Shown piece by piece: positions 36,544 to 49,691 of a stretch of DNA of 64,000 bases. The notes under the pieces are model-generated. The model did not search any database. It was not told where the DNA came from and saw only the letters and a program-made list of their open reading frames with translations. The DNA is from Macrostomum lignano (taxonomy: Eukaryota): positions 1,550,001-1,614,000 of the forward strand of contig NIVC01000001.1 in the NCBI GenBank assembly GCA_002269645.1, written 5' to 3'. Both the position numbers and the translations under genes were made by a program. Position 1 is the first letter of the stretch; every line of letters begins with the position of its first letter.

Positions 36544-36813
36544 ATGTCAAACGGTCGCCATCACGGCCTGATCAGCCGCGCTGGCTCGTCTGCGGACCAC
36601 CTGCGGTCGTCGGCGGCGGGACGCAAGAAGGGCGCCAGCCTGTGGAAGAAGCTGCTATTGGTCCTAGTCGGCATCGGGGTCACCATCTTCCTGCTGTACT
36701 ACAAGGGCCAATCGGCGGTGCCAACTGTAACAGATCTGCCTGATTGGCTGTCAGCAAGGGGTCAGCGTATTGCTAATCTGACGAGAGCTCTGCGAAGGCG
36801 CCAACACAAATAG
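36544..36813 (+). CDS. small single-pass membrane protein (89 aa or terminal exon), unknown function
   Basis: GC-rich, coding-like island with RKKGASLWKKLLLVLVGIGVTIFLLYYK (basic flank plus TM helix). Possible acceptors just upstream. No family recognised. Confidence 0.4.
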   Translation: MSNGRHHGLISRAGSSADHLRSSAAGRKKGASLWKKLLLVLVGIGVTIFLLYYKGQSAVPTVTDLPDWLSARGQRIANLTRALRRRQHK

Positions 36814-38000
36814 CGCTAGTGGTACCTGTCCCCATCTTTAATCGCTTGCACGGGGTGCCAAGTTAGTCAGAGAATGGAAGAGGCTGAATAATATCAAAAC
36901 GGTCGTTAGGTTGGCATCCACTTTATCGGCCTTCCAAAATGGCTTCGATCTTATGAGTCGCATTCTAGCTTGACACTCATCTCGATTAGAGAGAGAGAGA
37001 GCTGGTGCCCCCAGAGCTAATCTGGCTAAAGTACTCTCGTACAACGAAACAGTCCACCTGTCTTTCTCATAAGCCGGAAGTCTTTCTCTAGATTTCTATA
37101 ATGACGGTTTATATGGTATCTTTAAGGTAAACGTTATAGAATTTGTCACGATTATTACGCTTGTAAGGTACATGTAAGGTTATTTAAAACTACCTCAACT
37201 TTGGTGGTAGCTGCCCCCCTGCGATCAATATACTCGTACTCCGTATTGAATTGTGATGGCATTTACCAATAAGCGTACTTGATGCAAAATTAGCATATTA
37301 TTACTGGTAGATATAGTTATTAATTTCAAATATAATGCATCACTATTATTTGCCAATGCCATGATCGAATCATGGCAATTTATGCTCAAATCAAAAATCT
37401 GAAATTCTTCTTGCAGCCCAAAAACCTGTATTGAAATTTGTGTTGTATTTTTGGATGATAATTTTAGCATGTGTTTTACAATTTAGCAGACAAACACAAG
37501 ACGGGATACAGAGGGAGACACAAAAAAGGCAAACGAGACAAAAGTTGCATCAATAAAAGTACACAAATAAACAGAACAAAAGCATATTCGATACAATGGA
37601 ACACAGCAGAGAATGGCAATATTAATAATCAATAACAGGAGGAAAAGCTAGACAAAGGAGAGAGCTAACAGAGTTGAAGCAGTTCAGTGCTAACAGAATA
37701 CTTGCTAATAGACATAAACTCGCATTTTGGCCACACAGATTAGCATATACGAGGACGTTAACGTAGTACGCAGGAAAGTCAATCAAACTATACAAATAAG
37801 GACATACAAATGACACTTGGCCATATAACGGCTTTCACTAACCTCAGGGACTACTGACTAGAAACCCAATGTACGCTGACTGACACTTGTCAGAAAATAG
37901 CTAGAAAAAAGTCAAACAGTGGTGACAGATGTGGTGACAGATGCCTATGCGCGATTGCTCTACGTCTCTACTCCAGATCCTTCTTTTAACGTCATCACAC

Positions 38001-38715
38001 ACCCCAGCTCCCAAATCCCCTTCTATGTAATCCCAGATCCAAAATCCCCTTCTAGGTAATCCCAGATCCCAAATCCCCTTCTTGTATGTAGCTCGTAATC
38101 TCAAATCCTAAATCCCCTTCCTGAATGTAATCCCAGATCCCAAATCCCCTTCCAGGTACTCGTAATACCAGATCCCAAATCCCCTTCTAGGTAATACCAG
38201 ATCCCAAATCTCCTTCTATGTAATCCCAAATCCCAAATCCCCTCCTAAGTAATCCCAGATCCCAAATCTCCTTGTATGTAATCCCAGATCCCAACTCCCC
38301 TTCTATGTAATCCCAGATCCAAAATCCCCTTCTATGTAATCCCAGATCCAAAATCCCCTTCTAGGTAATCCCAGATGCCAAATCCCCTTCTTGTATTTAA
38401 TCCCAGTTCCCGAATCCCTTCTATGTAATCCCAGATCCCAAATCCGCTTCTAGGTAATCCCAGATCCCAAATCTCATTCTTGTATGTAATCCCAGATCCC
38501 AAATCCCCTTCTAGGTAATCTTAGATCCCAAATCCCCTTCTAGGTAATCTCAGATCCCAAATCCCCTTCTAGGTAATCCCAGATCCCAAATCCCCTTCTA
38601 GGTAATCCCAGATCCCAAATCCTCTTCTAGGTAATCCCCGATCCCAAATCCCCTTCTATGTAATCCCAGATCCCAAATCCCCTTCTAGGTAATCCCAGAT
38701 CCCAATGCCCTTCTA
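38001..38715. repeat. ~29-bp minisatellite TAATCCCAGATCCCAAATCCCCTTCTAGG
   Basis: About 24 degenerate copies just 3' of ERLEC1. Confidence 0.93.
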
Positions 38716-38831
38716 TCCTAGCCCACAAAAACCTTATCGAGTCAACCGCAGCTCTCCAGAATGCAAATAACCAGTCCGAGGGCCCCCAGCTGCAGACCAG
38801 ACGGAGACCCCCCTGTAAAACACAGAAGCCG

Positions 38832-39352
38832 TCACGGAGTCGCCGGTTCCGCGTCGTCAAACGCGGCATCGTCGGGCACCAGGCCGGTTGTCCGGTCAGC
38901 CGCCGCGATGATGGGGCACAGCATCCGGCCTTCTAGCGTCACCGTGTACTGGCAGGTCTGGTGCTCGGCGAAGGCGATGCTGACGGCCGTCGGGCTGTCG
39001 GCCTCGCCGCGGCAACGCAGCAGCAGTCGAGTCCAGCGCGGCTTGCCGGTGAGGTCGCAAATGTCGCCGTCTGTGTAGAACTGGACGAGCTCCGTGCGCC
39101 TGTCCAGCTCCTTGTCGTCCGGCACCGGCAGCAGGTTGCGCTCGGTTGCCATGGCGATGTGCGCGTCGGGATTCCATTCGCCTAGCCGGATTTCCGATCG
39201 CCTGCCATCGTCGAACACGTGGAATTGGATGATGCTCTTACGGAAGCAGACCTGATGCCGCCACCAGGTGGAGCCGCCTACGATGCACGTGGCGCCGCTG
39301 AAGAATTTCGACGATTGCACCTGCGGTATCTGGGGGGGAGTCTGCACTGTTG

Positions 39353-39383
<31 letters not shown>

Positions 39384-41134
39384 GTTCTGCTGCTGCTGCT
39401 GCTGAGAAGCGGAGTGCACCGCTATGAACACCTGGAATTGTTATTGCGATAGGAAATTAGATTATAGTACAAGATAATAACAAATGTTGCGTTAGATTTG
39501 CTTTTTAACAGTACATTGGCTGTTGTATTAGTACATTGGCTGTTTTAGAAGTACATTGGCTGTTTTAGAAGTACATTGGCTGTTGTATTAGTACATTGGC
39601 TGTTTAAGAAGTACATTGGCTGTTGTATTAGTACATTGGCTGTTTAAGAAGTACATTGGCTGTTGTATTAGTACATTGGCTGTTTAAGAAGTACATTGGC
39701 TGTTGTATTAGTACATTGGCTGTTTAAGAAGTACATTGGCTGTTGTATTAGTACATTGGCTGTTTAAGAAGTACATTGGCTGTTGTATTAGTACATTGGC
39801 TGTTTAAGAAGTACATTGGCTGTTGTATTAGTACATTGGCTGTTTAAGAAGTACATTGGCTGTTGTATTAGTACATTGGCTGTTTAAGAAGTACATTGGC
39901 TGTTTTAGAAGTACATAGGATGTTTTTATTAGTAAATTTGTTGCTTTATTAGTACATTGGCTGTTGTATTAGTACACTGACTGTTTTATAAGTACATTGT
40001 TTTAGCATTTTTTAACAGAAAACACTTAGTGAATAATAATAACCAAAAATCTCAGTTCCCACCCAAAGCCTCCACCAGTCTCACCTGGCCACCTTTATGC
40101 AAAATCTCCACTCTGGCGTCGGCGCCAAAAATGCCTTCAAGACTTTGCACGCTGGCCCGGACCTGCCTGTCGGCTGCTGTCTCCATGGCAACCAGAGCGG
40201 CCGGTTTGCGCAGCGCCTGCTGCTTTTTCTTCTCTTCAGAGCTGCCGGCGTCACTACTGCTGGCGTCCGCATCAGCTGGCTTAGGCAGGCAGTGCAGCTG
40301 GTTAACGTGGGTCCGCCTAGGCCGGTAGAGCGGGTGCTCGCACAGCTGGCGGGCCAGCACCACGATGCGATAGCGGCAGGATGCCGTCTCCGTCAGCTCG
40401 GCGATCTCGCCTTTGCCCTCTAGCGAGCACACGTACAGCACCTGCGGGAATGACCGGCGGTCCCATATACCATACTCTGAAATAGAAATCCCATATTCTA
40501 AAATATAAATCCCATATTCTGAAATAGAAATCCCATATTCTGAAATTGAAATCCCATACTCTGAAATTGAGATCCCATATTCTGTAATTGAAATCCTTTA
40601 TTCTGAAATTGAGAGCTGATATTTTCTAATCAAAATGACCTATTCTGGAATCGTGGAAATTTTCGACACACAAAAAATCGAAAAAAAGAATTGAAAATCT
40701 CTCAAAAAATGGTCACGCCAATTTACTCCAATAAAAGCTCACCTGAGACTGCCGAGGCTGCCCGCTAAGGTCGCACAAGGTCCCGTCAGTAAATGTCACC
40801 TCATAGTAGGGCAGCAGCTGACCCTCAACCAGCACAGTTTGCGGCTGTTGATTTTGATTTTGCTTCTTCTGCTCCAGCTGATCAGGCGGTCGATAATAGC
40901 CGAGGTAGAATCCTGTGACACTTGTCTCAGCGCCTTGGCCCTTGCTCTCGTGGTATTGCCTGGCGTGTCTGCCGTGGCATAATTCGTAATTCCAGTACAC
41001 GTCAATTTTATAAGAGCAGGCCGTCTGGTCAAATAGCGGCTTCAGCAGCTCCAGCGGGGACTGCTGCGACTCAGTGGTCTCCTCTTCCTGCGGATTTCGA
41101 AGCGGAGGTCCAACCGTTGTAATCTGATATTCCA
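38832..41134 (-). CDS. ERLEC1: ER lectin 1 (erlectin/XTP3-B), 5' partial; exons ~41134-40743, 40441-40085, 39431-38832
   Basis: PLELLKPLFDQTACSYKIDVYWNYELCHGRHARQYHE and a second MRH domain (CIVGGSTWWRHQVCF..YTDGDICDLTGKPR..EHQTCQY) match the two MRH/PRKCSH domains. Phase-0 GT-AG junctions keep the frame. Signal-peptide exon not identified. Confidence 0.88.
39510..39990. repeat. 20/40-bp intronic minisatellite GTACATTGGCTGTT(TAAGAA/GTATTA)
   Basis: Alternating 20-bp variants form a 40-bp higher-order unit. Confidence 0.93.
40470..40625. repeat. 21-bp intronic minisatellite TATTCTGAAATAGAAATCCCA
   Basis: About 7 degenerate copies in the short ERLEC1 intron. Confidence 0.85.
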
Positions 41135-41171
41135 CTAAAATAAATTACACATTTATCTCCAAAATCTCTGA

Positions 41172-42510
41172 CCATTGTTGGGACGTCATCTCCAAAACAT
41201 CAGATCATTGTTGGGACATCATCTCCAAAACATCAGATCATTGTTGGGACATCATCTCCAAAACATCCGATCATTGTTGGGACATCATCTCCAACACCTC
41301 AGATCATTGTTGGGACATCATCTCCAACACCTCAGATCATTGTTGGGACATTATCTCCAACACCTCAGATCATTGTTGGGACATCATCTCCAACACCTCA
41401 GATCATTGTTGGGACATTATCTCCAACACCTCAGATCATTGTTGGGACATCATCTCCAACACCTCAGATCATTGTTGGGAATCATCTCCAACACCTCAGA
41501 TCATTGTTGGGAATCATCTCCAACACCTCAGATCATTGTTGGGAATCATCTCCAACACCTCAGATCATTGTTGGGAATCATCTCCAACACCTCAGATCAT
41601 TGTTGGGAATCATCTCCAACACCTCAGACCATTGTTGGGACATCATCTCCGAAATCTCATATCATTGTTGGGACATCATCTCCAACACCTCAGATCATTG
41701 CTGGGACATCATCTCCAACACCTCAAATCATTGTTGGGACATCATCTCTAACACCTCAGATCATTGTTGGGACATCATCTTCAACACCTCAGATCATTGT
41801 TGGGAATCATCTCCGAAATCTCATATCATTGTTGGGAATCATCTCTAACACCTCAGATCATTGCTGGGACATCATCTCCAACACCTCAGATCATTGTTGG
41901 GACATCATCTCCGAAATCTCATATCATTGTTGGGACATCATCTCTAACACCTCAGATCATTGCTGGGACATCATCTCCAACACCTCAAATCATTGTTGGG
42001 ACATCATCTCTAACACCTCAGATCATTGTTGGGACATCATCTTCAACACCTCAGATCATTGTTGGGACATCATCTCCGAAATCTCATATCATTGTTGGGA
42101 CATCATCTCCAACACCTCAGATCATTGTTGGGACATCATCTCCGAAATCTCATATCATTGTTGGGACATCATCTCTAACACCTCAGATCATTGCTGGGAC
42201 ATCATCTCCAACACCTCAAATCATTGTTGGGACATCATCTCTAACACCTCAGATCATTGTTGGGACATCATCTTCAACACCTCAGATCATTGTTGGGACA
42301 TCATCTCCGAAATCTCATATCATTGTTGGGACATCATGTCTAACACCTCAGATCATTGTTGGGACATCATCTCCGAAATCTCATATCATTGTTGGGACAT
42401 CATCTCTAACACCTCAGATCATTGCTGGGACATCATCTCCAACACCTCAAATCATTGTTGGGACATCATCTCTAACACCTCAGATCATTGTTGGGACATC
42501 ATCTCCGAAA
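41172..42510. repeat. 32-33-bp minisatellite ATCATTGTTGGGA(C)ATCATCTCCAACACCTCAG
   Basis: About 40 copies with recurrent variant series, indicating higher-order structure. Confidence 0.95.
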
Positions 42511-42999
42511 ATCTCCATCATTAAGATGTAGTCTCCAAAATCATCCAATTTTTTTCTTCAACTTTGACACCTTTGAAATCTCATCTCAGCCATATCCAAA
42601 AAAAGAAATCTTCTCGAAGTATTAGCAAACAGAAAAGCTCGTGCATCGGCACTCACGCTACACACAGGAGAACCTTATATATTGAAGCATTTTGCAAGCA
42701 AGTAATCAGTGCAAACTCTGCTTGGAGCGGAAGTAGCCAGCCAACTACTTGAGTTCAACAATCGGCCCAAGGACAAGAGCACAAAAATCTGCATCTTAAA
42801 AAAACATATAAGTTCTTCCGCTGCTCCAAAAACTGGGTCATCCCCGATTCGACCGTAAGTGCGAATTCGGCCAGGCGCAATGCCGGCACTTGGAAGTTAT
42901 TTACTACTACAAAGCAAGAAGACAAGCAGAAAAAAATCTTTTAGAAGAAACCTAAGCAGCAGGAACATTCGAACTTTGTCTGGACTGCACACAACCAAA

Positions 43000-43605
43000 A
43001 TGCAGCGCTGCGCAATGTGGCTCATGCTGTCAGCCGGATGCATCAGTCTGACAGCCAGCCTGTACAGCTGTCTGGACAAAGACTGGCTAGTGTACACCGA
43101 ACCCGACTTGCTAACAAAGGACGGTCGCCTAGCAACCAGTTGCGGCCTATTCGTATCCGCGTCGCCATTGGAATGCCACACAACGCCGAATAGATACGGC
43201 GAATATCTGTGGCAGAGAAGAAGCCGGTGGACACCGGAGTTGCACCGGGTTTGCCTGACCTGCGGCCTAGCTGGTCCTGTTGTCACCAGTCTGTGCCTGC
43301 TAGTGCTGGCCAAGCACCTTCTAGCCAGCAACCTGCTGTGCCAGCTGTCTGGCAAAGCCCGAGCATTGATTTGTTCGGCAACTGCAACAACTGCGGCCGT
43401 GTGCGAGTGCGCCTGCGCGCTGCTCTGGTACTACATGCTTCACGGCATCGTGTCCGGCCACAATTTGCCGCACAAAGACGCGGCGGCTCTGGTTGGCTTT
43501 GAACTGGGCAGGGCCTATTTTGCTAGACTGGCAGCCGCGGCAGCGGCGATAATAACTGCCGGCCTCAGCTATTCGTTGTGCGCGTTTGCGGCTGGCAGAT
43601 CCTGA
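43000..43605 (+). CDS. claudin/PMP22-superfamily tetraspan membrane protein (201 aa, intronless CDS)
   Basis: Four hydrophobic segments; DW..GLF..C loop-1 motif; FELGRAYF before TM4. Probable 5' UTR intron 42856-42914 (GTAAGT..AAAG). Confidence 0.6.
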   Translation: MQRCAMWLMLSAGCISLTASLYSCLDKDWLVYTEPDLLTKDGRLATSCGLFVSASPLECHTTPNRYGEYLWQRRSRWTPELHRVCLTCGLAGPVVTSLCLLVLAKHLLASNLLCQLSGKARALICSATATTAAVCECACALLWYYMLHGIVSGHNLPHKDAAALVGFELGRAYFARLAAAAAAIITAGLSYSLCAFAAGRS

Positions 43606-44604
43606 GTCTAAATGACTTTATGGACTCATTAACCTCTGTATTGAGTATTGAAGTACTGCTTGTAACACCACCACAGAGAATTTGTTTTTTAGGGGAGTGA
43701 AGGCCACTGAAGGTCAAGGAGAAGTTACCTAACGGGTATACACTTCTTGCAGTATTATCGCATCTTTTCTCACAATTTTGGCAATCTAGCTTGTAAAAAA
43801 TATACACAGAATTTTCCCACACAAACTAATGCTCACGTGTTCATCCTTGCGAAGAACTTTAGTAGGCAACATGCACACGAATTGCTCATTGTTGTTTGTC
43901 TTCATTGTGATCTGCTCATACATATCTGGATTGGCGAAGCTCTAAAATAGAGAAGGTATATAATCAAAATTACAGCTAGTTGCATTATAATGCACACAGA
44001 CTTATATCACTTGCCATTTGTATGACTGACCTTAGCATTCCCTGGCCAATTGACATTAAACAGATAGTCATCAGTGAAGAAGGCATCACTAACACTAACT
44101 GTTAGTACAACTGTCAAACTGAGTATTGAAGCAAAATTCATTGCTCATGAAAATTAAGTAAGGTATAATAGAGAAAAATTTGAAATAGTGCACTAAAAAT
44201 GGTCTTAGTACATAAAAATAAGTTTTAGATAGCCTATAAAAATGACTTATATAAAAAAGCTTAGAATACATTTTGGATTGTGTAGGTAATGTTAAACTTG
44301 GATACCAAAATTGACAATGCCAAGTCATAGTTCTTTTAGACAGTTGTAGAGATGGTATATAGTGATTTTATCTTTTGCCTTTTTAGACAAAACAACTTTT
44401 TTTCTGGCAGAAAAAATAAGATACAGGTTCCAGTTCCATGGTCTTGGGCCTACAAGATAGACTTAAATGAATAAAAATATATATATAATTTACTTGTTTG
44501 AATAAAAGCTATTAAGTGGCATTTTATATATTTATAATACTTTTGTACTCAATTACAAAACAATTAATAAATGTTATACCCAATGCAAAGCATTACACTT
44601 AAAT

Positions 44605-45185
44605 GTCTATGGTGTCCTTTTTCAATATTTTTGCAAAAATTAACTGAATTTGTCAGCAAGATCTGGAAATATCTATGGATAAAACTAGTAAAATTGTTGA
44701 TTAGATCTAATGGTCTTAGTGCTTGCTTATTCCATAATAAGTGCTTGCTTTTGGCTAAAGATTTAAAGATAAATTCTCTCTATAGCCTTGAGACGCAAAC
44801 TAAAGTTTTTGCCTTATGGGAGCGATGAGTGTGGCTGCTAGTCATTCAAAGTAGACTGGCTATCTTTGAACTATTAGATTCATATTTAAATAGCTGTTTT
44901 CTTAATGCTATTCTTATCATGGATTGAGAAAAGCTGATTAGCAATTTTGGCTCCATTCTATGCTATATACCATAGTGGAAAAACTTGACTCCACTGACTT
45001 TCATGGCTATAGAAAGAACTCATCTTTAAATCTTAAGCCAAAAGCAAGCATTTGTAGAATAAGCAAGTATTGGTACTATTAGATCTGATTAGCAGTTTTA
45101 CTGGTTTTATCTATAGAAATTTCCAGATATTGCTAACAAATTTAAAGTTCATCTTTGCAAAAAATGATAATAGAAAAGGATATTA
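44605..45185. mobile_element. AT-rich foldback/MITE-like element with ~180-200-bp imperfect inverted arms
   Basis: 44618-44797 aligns with the reverse complement of 45001-45179, e.g. GCTTGCTTTTTGGCTAAAGATTTAAAGAT vs ATCTTTAAATCTTAAGCCAAAAGCAAGC. Confidence 0.7.
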
Positions 45186-45794
45186 TATATATTTGAGGTT
45201 ACATAACATTAGTACTAACTATATTTTAAATTTTCTAGTATAGCTCCTAAATATAATCAAATGGAAAAGAAGTTTAAATGACTCCTTTATCATTATTATA
45301 TCATTATTTATAATGACAATTTTTTAATTGAAAAACTATCTTTAGTTTGACATAGCCTATGAAACATAAAAATTGGTCATGAGCTAAGATCCTTGCGCAG
45401 CCAATGTAACACAATATAACAATTTAGTGAATGCAACATTGTCCAATACTGAGATAACGATGATTTAGATAATTTAGTTGTTTTTCTTGTAAGCTGCAGA
45501 TGCCAGATGACAATCTCGAATATGACAACTTTGGCTGGAACCTCTTGGTCAACTACAGGTCCATAGCATAGTCCATAGGCATAGGCATAGTGTTTAAATA
45601 TATATAAATTTAAAAATAGATTTACAAATCATAGTTTATTTATAGTAATGAGACTAGCAATCTTCGCCCCCCGATGGGGGACATCTGGATAGAATCCTTT
45701 TTTTTACAAATAAAAAATAGACAGCGAAATAAAGCCTTCAAAAAACAACAACAGATATTCCCTCTAAAAACAAAACATCCCAAGATAGCAAGCA

Positions 45795-47045
45795 TCCTCA
45801 GACAGCATTCAAGCATCAATCCCCAAATAGCAAGCATCCCCCAGACTGCAAGCATCCCCCAGGTAGCAAGCATCCCCCCGATAGCAAGCAACCCCAGATA
45901 GCAAGCATCCCCAGATAGCAAGCATTCCCCCAGACCCCAGATAGTAAGCATCCCACAGACAGCAAGCATCCCGCAGATAGCAAGCATCCCCCAGATAACA
46001 AGCATCCCCCCGATAGCAAGCAGCATCCCCCCGATAGCAAGCAACGCCAGATAGCAAGCATCCCCCAGATAGCAAGCATTCCCCAGACCCCAGATAGTAA
46101 GCATCCCAGACTGCAAGCATCCCCCAGGTAGCAAGCATCCCCCCGATAGCAAGCAACCCCAGATAGCAAGCATCCCCAGATAGCAAGCATTCCCCCAGAC
46201 CCCAGATAGCAAGCATCCCTCAGACAGCAAGCATCTCGCAGATAGAAAGCATCCCCCAGATAGCAAGCATCCCCCCGATAGCAAGCAACGCCAGATAGCA
46301 AGCATCCCCCAGATAGCAAGCATTCCCCCAGACCCCAGATAGTAAGCATCCCCCAGACTGCAAGCATCCCCCAGGTAGCAAGCATCCCCCCGATAGCAAG
46401 CAACCCCAGATAGCAAGCATCCCCAGATAGCAAGCATTCCCCCAGACCCCAGATAGCAAGCATCCCTCAGACAGCAAGCATCTAGCAGATAGCAAGCATC
46501 CCCCAGATAGCAAGCATCCCCCCGATAGCAAGCAGCATCCCCCCGATAGCAAGCAGCATCCCCCCGATAGCAAGCAACCCCAGATAGCAAGCATCCCCCA
46601 GATAGCAAGCATCCCCCAGATAGCAAGCATCCCCCAGATAGCAAGCATCCCCCAGATAGCAAGCATCCCCCAGATAGCAAGCATCCCCCAGATAGCAAGC
46701 ATCCCGCCGATAGCAAGCAACCCCAGATAGCAAGCATCCCCAGATAGCAAGCATCCCCCAGATAGCAAGCATCCCCCAGATAGCAAGCATCCCCCAGATA
46801 GCAAGCATCCCCCCGATAGCAAGCAACCCCAGATAGCAAGCATCCCCAGATAGCAAGCATCCCCCAGACCCCAGATAATAAGCATCCCCCAGATAGCAAG
46901 CATCCCCCAGATAGCAAGCATCCCCCAGATAGCAAGCATCCCCCCGATAGCAAGCATCCCCCAGATGGCAAGTATCCCCCCGATAGCAAGCAATGCCAGA
47001 TAGCAAGCATCCCCCAGATAGCAAGCATTCCCCCAGACCCCTGAT
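45795..47045. repeat. 18-19-bp minisatellite GATAGCAAGCATCCCCCA with higher-order blocks
   Basis: Tandem units with recurring CCCCAGACCCCAGATAG and GCAACGCCAG variants. Confidence 0.95.
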
Positions 47046-47254
47046 AGAAAGCATAACCTGGATACAAAGATACCTTTTAATATCTAGCAACCCCCTTTCA
47101 GATAGCAAGTACCCTCCACCCACAAGAGCAAGCATCCCCCTGTAAGCAAGTAGCTAGTGCAACTATTTCCTTAGCTTTATAATGGTTTCATTTTGTTTGG
47201 CATGACACTTCTTTTATGTTTGAAACGGGGTCTCTTTTTTGTTTAAAAAGGTGC

Positions 47255-49245
47255 ATCTTTAATGCTTGATATGGTAGCTCCTCTATGTTTGACATGGTAG
47301 CTCTTTTGTGTTTGACATGATAGCTCTTTAATGTTTGACATGGTGTCTTCTATATTTGACATGGTGGCTCCTTAATGTTTGACATGGTGTCTTCTATATT
47401 TGACGTGGTGGCTCTTTAATGTTTGACATGGTGGCACTTTTATGTTTGACATGGTGGCTCTTTATTGTTCGCCATGGTGGCCCTGTTACGTTTGACATAG
47501 TGTCTCTTCTATGTTTGACATGGTGGCTATTTTGTGTTTGACATGATAGCTCCTTAATGTTTGACATGGTGGCTCTTTAATGTTTGACATGGAGTCACGT
47601 ATATTTTTGACATAATAGCTCTTTTATGTTTGACATGGTGGCTCTTTAATGTTCGACATGGTGGCTCTTTAATGTTCGACATAGTGGCTCTTTAATGTTC
47701 GCCAGTGTGGCTCTTTAATGTTCGCCATGGTGGCTCTTTAATGTTTGACATGGTGGCTCTTTTATGTTTGACATGGTGGCTCTTTAATGTTCGCAATGGT
47801 GGCTCTTTATTTTTTGACATGGTGGCCCTTTAATGTTTGACATGGTGGCTCTTTATTGTTTGACATGGTGGCACTTTTATGTTTGACATGGTGGCTCTTT
47901 AATGTTCGCCATGGTTGCTCTTTAATGTTTGACATGGTGGCTCTTAAATGTTTGACATGGTGGCTCTTTAATGTTTGACATGGTGGCTCTTTAATGTTCA
48001 TCATGTTGGCTCTTTAATGTTCGACATGGTGGCACTTTTATGTTTGACATGGTGGCTCTTTAATGTTCGCCATGGCAGCTCTGTTATGTTTGACATAATG
48101 GCTATTTTGTGTTTGACATGATAGCTCTTTAATGTTTGACATAGAGTCACGTAGATTTTTTACATAATGGCTCTTTTATGTTTTACATGGTGGCTCTTTT
48201 ATGTTTGACATCGTTGCTCTTTTATGTTTGACATGGTGGCTCTTTAATGTTCGCCATGGTGGCTCTTTAATGTTTGACATAGTGGCTCTTTAATGTTTGA
48301 CATGGTGGCTCTTTAATGTTTGACATGGTGGCTATTTTGTGTTCGCCATGGTGGCTCTGTTATGTTTGACATAGTGTCTCTTCTATGTTTGACATGGTGG
48401 CTATTTTGTGTTTGACATGATTGCTCTTTAATGTTTGACATGGTGGCTCTTTAATACTTGACATGGTGGCTCTTAAATGTTTGACATGGTGGCTCTTTAA
48501 TGTTTGACATGGTGGCTCTTTAATGTTTGACATGGTGGCTCTTTAATGTTCGACATGTTGGCTCTTTAATACTTGACATGGTGGCTCTTAAATGTTTGAC
48601 ATGGTGGCTCTTTAATGTTTGACATGGTGGCTCTTTAATGTTTGACATGGTGGCTCTTTAATACTTGACATGGTGGCTCTTAAATGTTCGACATGTTGGC
48701 TCTTTAATGTTGGACATGGTGGCTCTTTTATATTTGACATCGTTGCTCTTTTATGTTTGGCATGGTGGCTCTTTAATGTTGGACATGGTGGCTCTTTTAT
48801 ATTTGGCATGGTGGCTCTTTTATGTTCGACATGGTGGCTCTTTTATGTTCAAAATGGTGGCTCTTTTATGTTTGACATGGTGGCTCTTTTATGTTCGACA
48901 TGGTGGCTCTTTAATGTTCGCCATGGTGGCTCTTTAATGTTCGACATGGTGGCTCTTTTATGTTTGGCATGGTGGCTCTTTTATGTTCGATACGGTGGCT
49001 CTTTAATGTTCGACATGGGGGCTCTTTTATGTTTGACATGGTGGCTCTTTTATGTTCGAAATGGTGGCTCTTTTATTTTCGACATGGTGGCTCTTTTATG
49101 TTTGACATGGTGGCTCTTTTATGTTTGACATGGTGGCTCTTTTATGTTTGAAATGGTGGCTCTTTTATGATTGCCATGGTGGCTCTTTTATGTTTGAAAT
49201 AATGGCTATTCAATGTTTCACATGGTGCCAATTTTATGTTTGACA
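47255..49245. repeat. 23-bp minisatellite TTTGACATGGTGGCTCTTTAATG
   Basis: About 85 degenerate copies. A related short remnant lies at ~6890-6955. Confidence 0.95.
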
Positions 49246-49307
49246 TTGCGCTTTTTTAATGTTTAGCATTTTGTGTTTTTAATGTGCTTTAATAAAAAAA
49301 TTATTTT

Positions 49308-49374
49308 GCACTACTAAGATTCGAACCCAGGTCGCTTAATTAGCACTCCAGTCTGTTCGCATCAAGGCTATCTC
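49308..49374 (-). mobile_element. tRNA-derived SINE head (same family as 19613-19685)
   Basis: Minus strand TAGCCTTGATGCG...GCGACCTGGGTTCGAATCTTAGTAGTGC has a B box (GGTTCGAATC) and a degenerate A box. Confidence 0.45.
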
Positions 49375-49691
49375 TTTTTAATGAGAGAACATGAATTGTG
49401 GCCCTTATAATTCAATTCTTATAGTAAGTTGGTTAGAGTAAAAAGTTATGACATAATCAATTTCTCAATCAGCCAGTATTAGTCTCAATTCAAGTTAGCA
49501 ATATGGTTACGCAATTACAATCAAGTCTTGTGTGCATTTCTTCGGCACTGTTTTGAACTTGTTGTGATGCAATATTTATCACAATCGGGATTTAGGCAGT
49601 CAGTTTTTTCTCTAGCATTCTTAAAATGCATTTCAAGTCGAAAATTTTGCTTGACCTTTGCAAAAAAGCATGTTTTTCGAATATTTAATCC

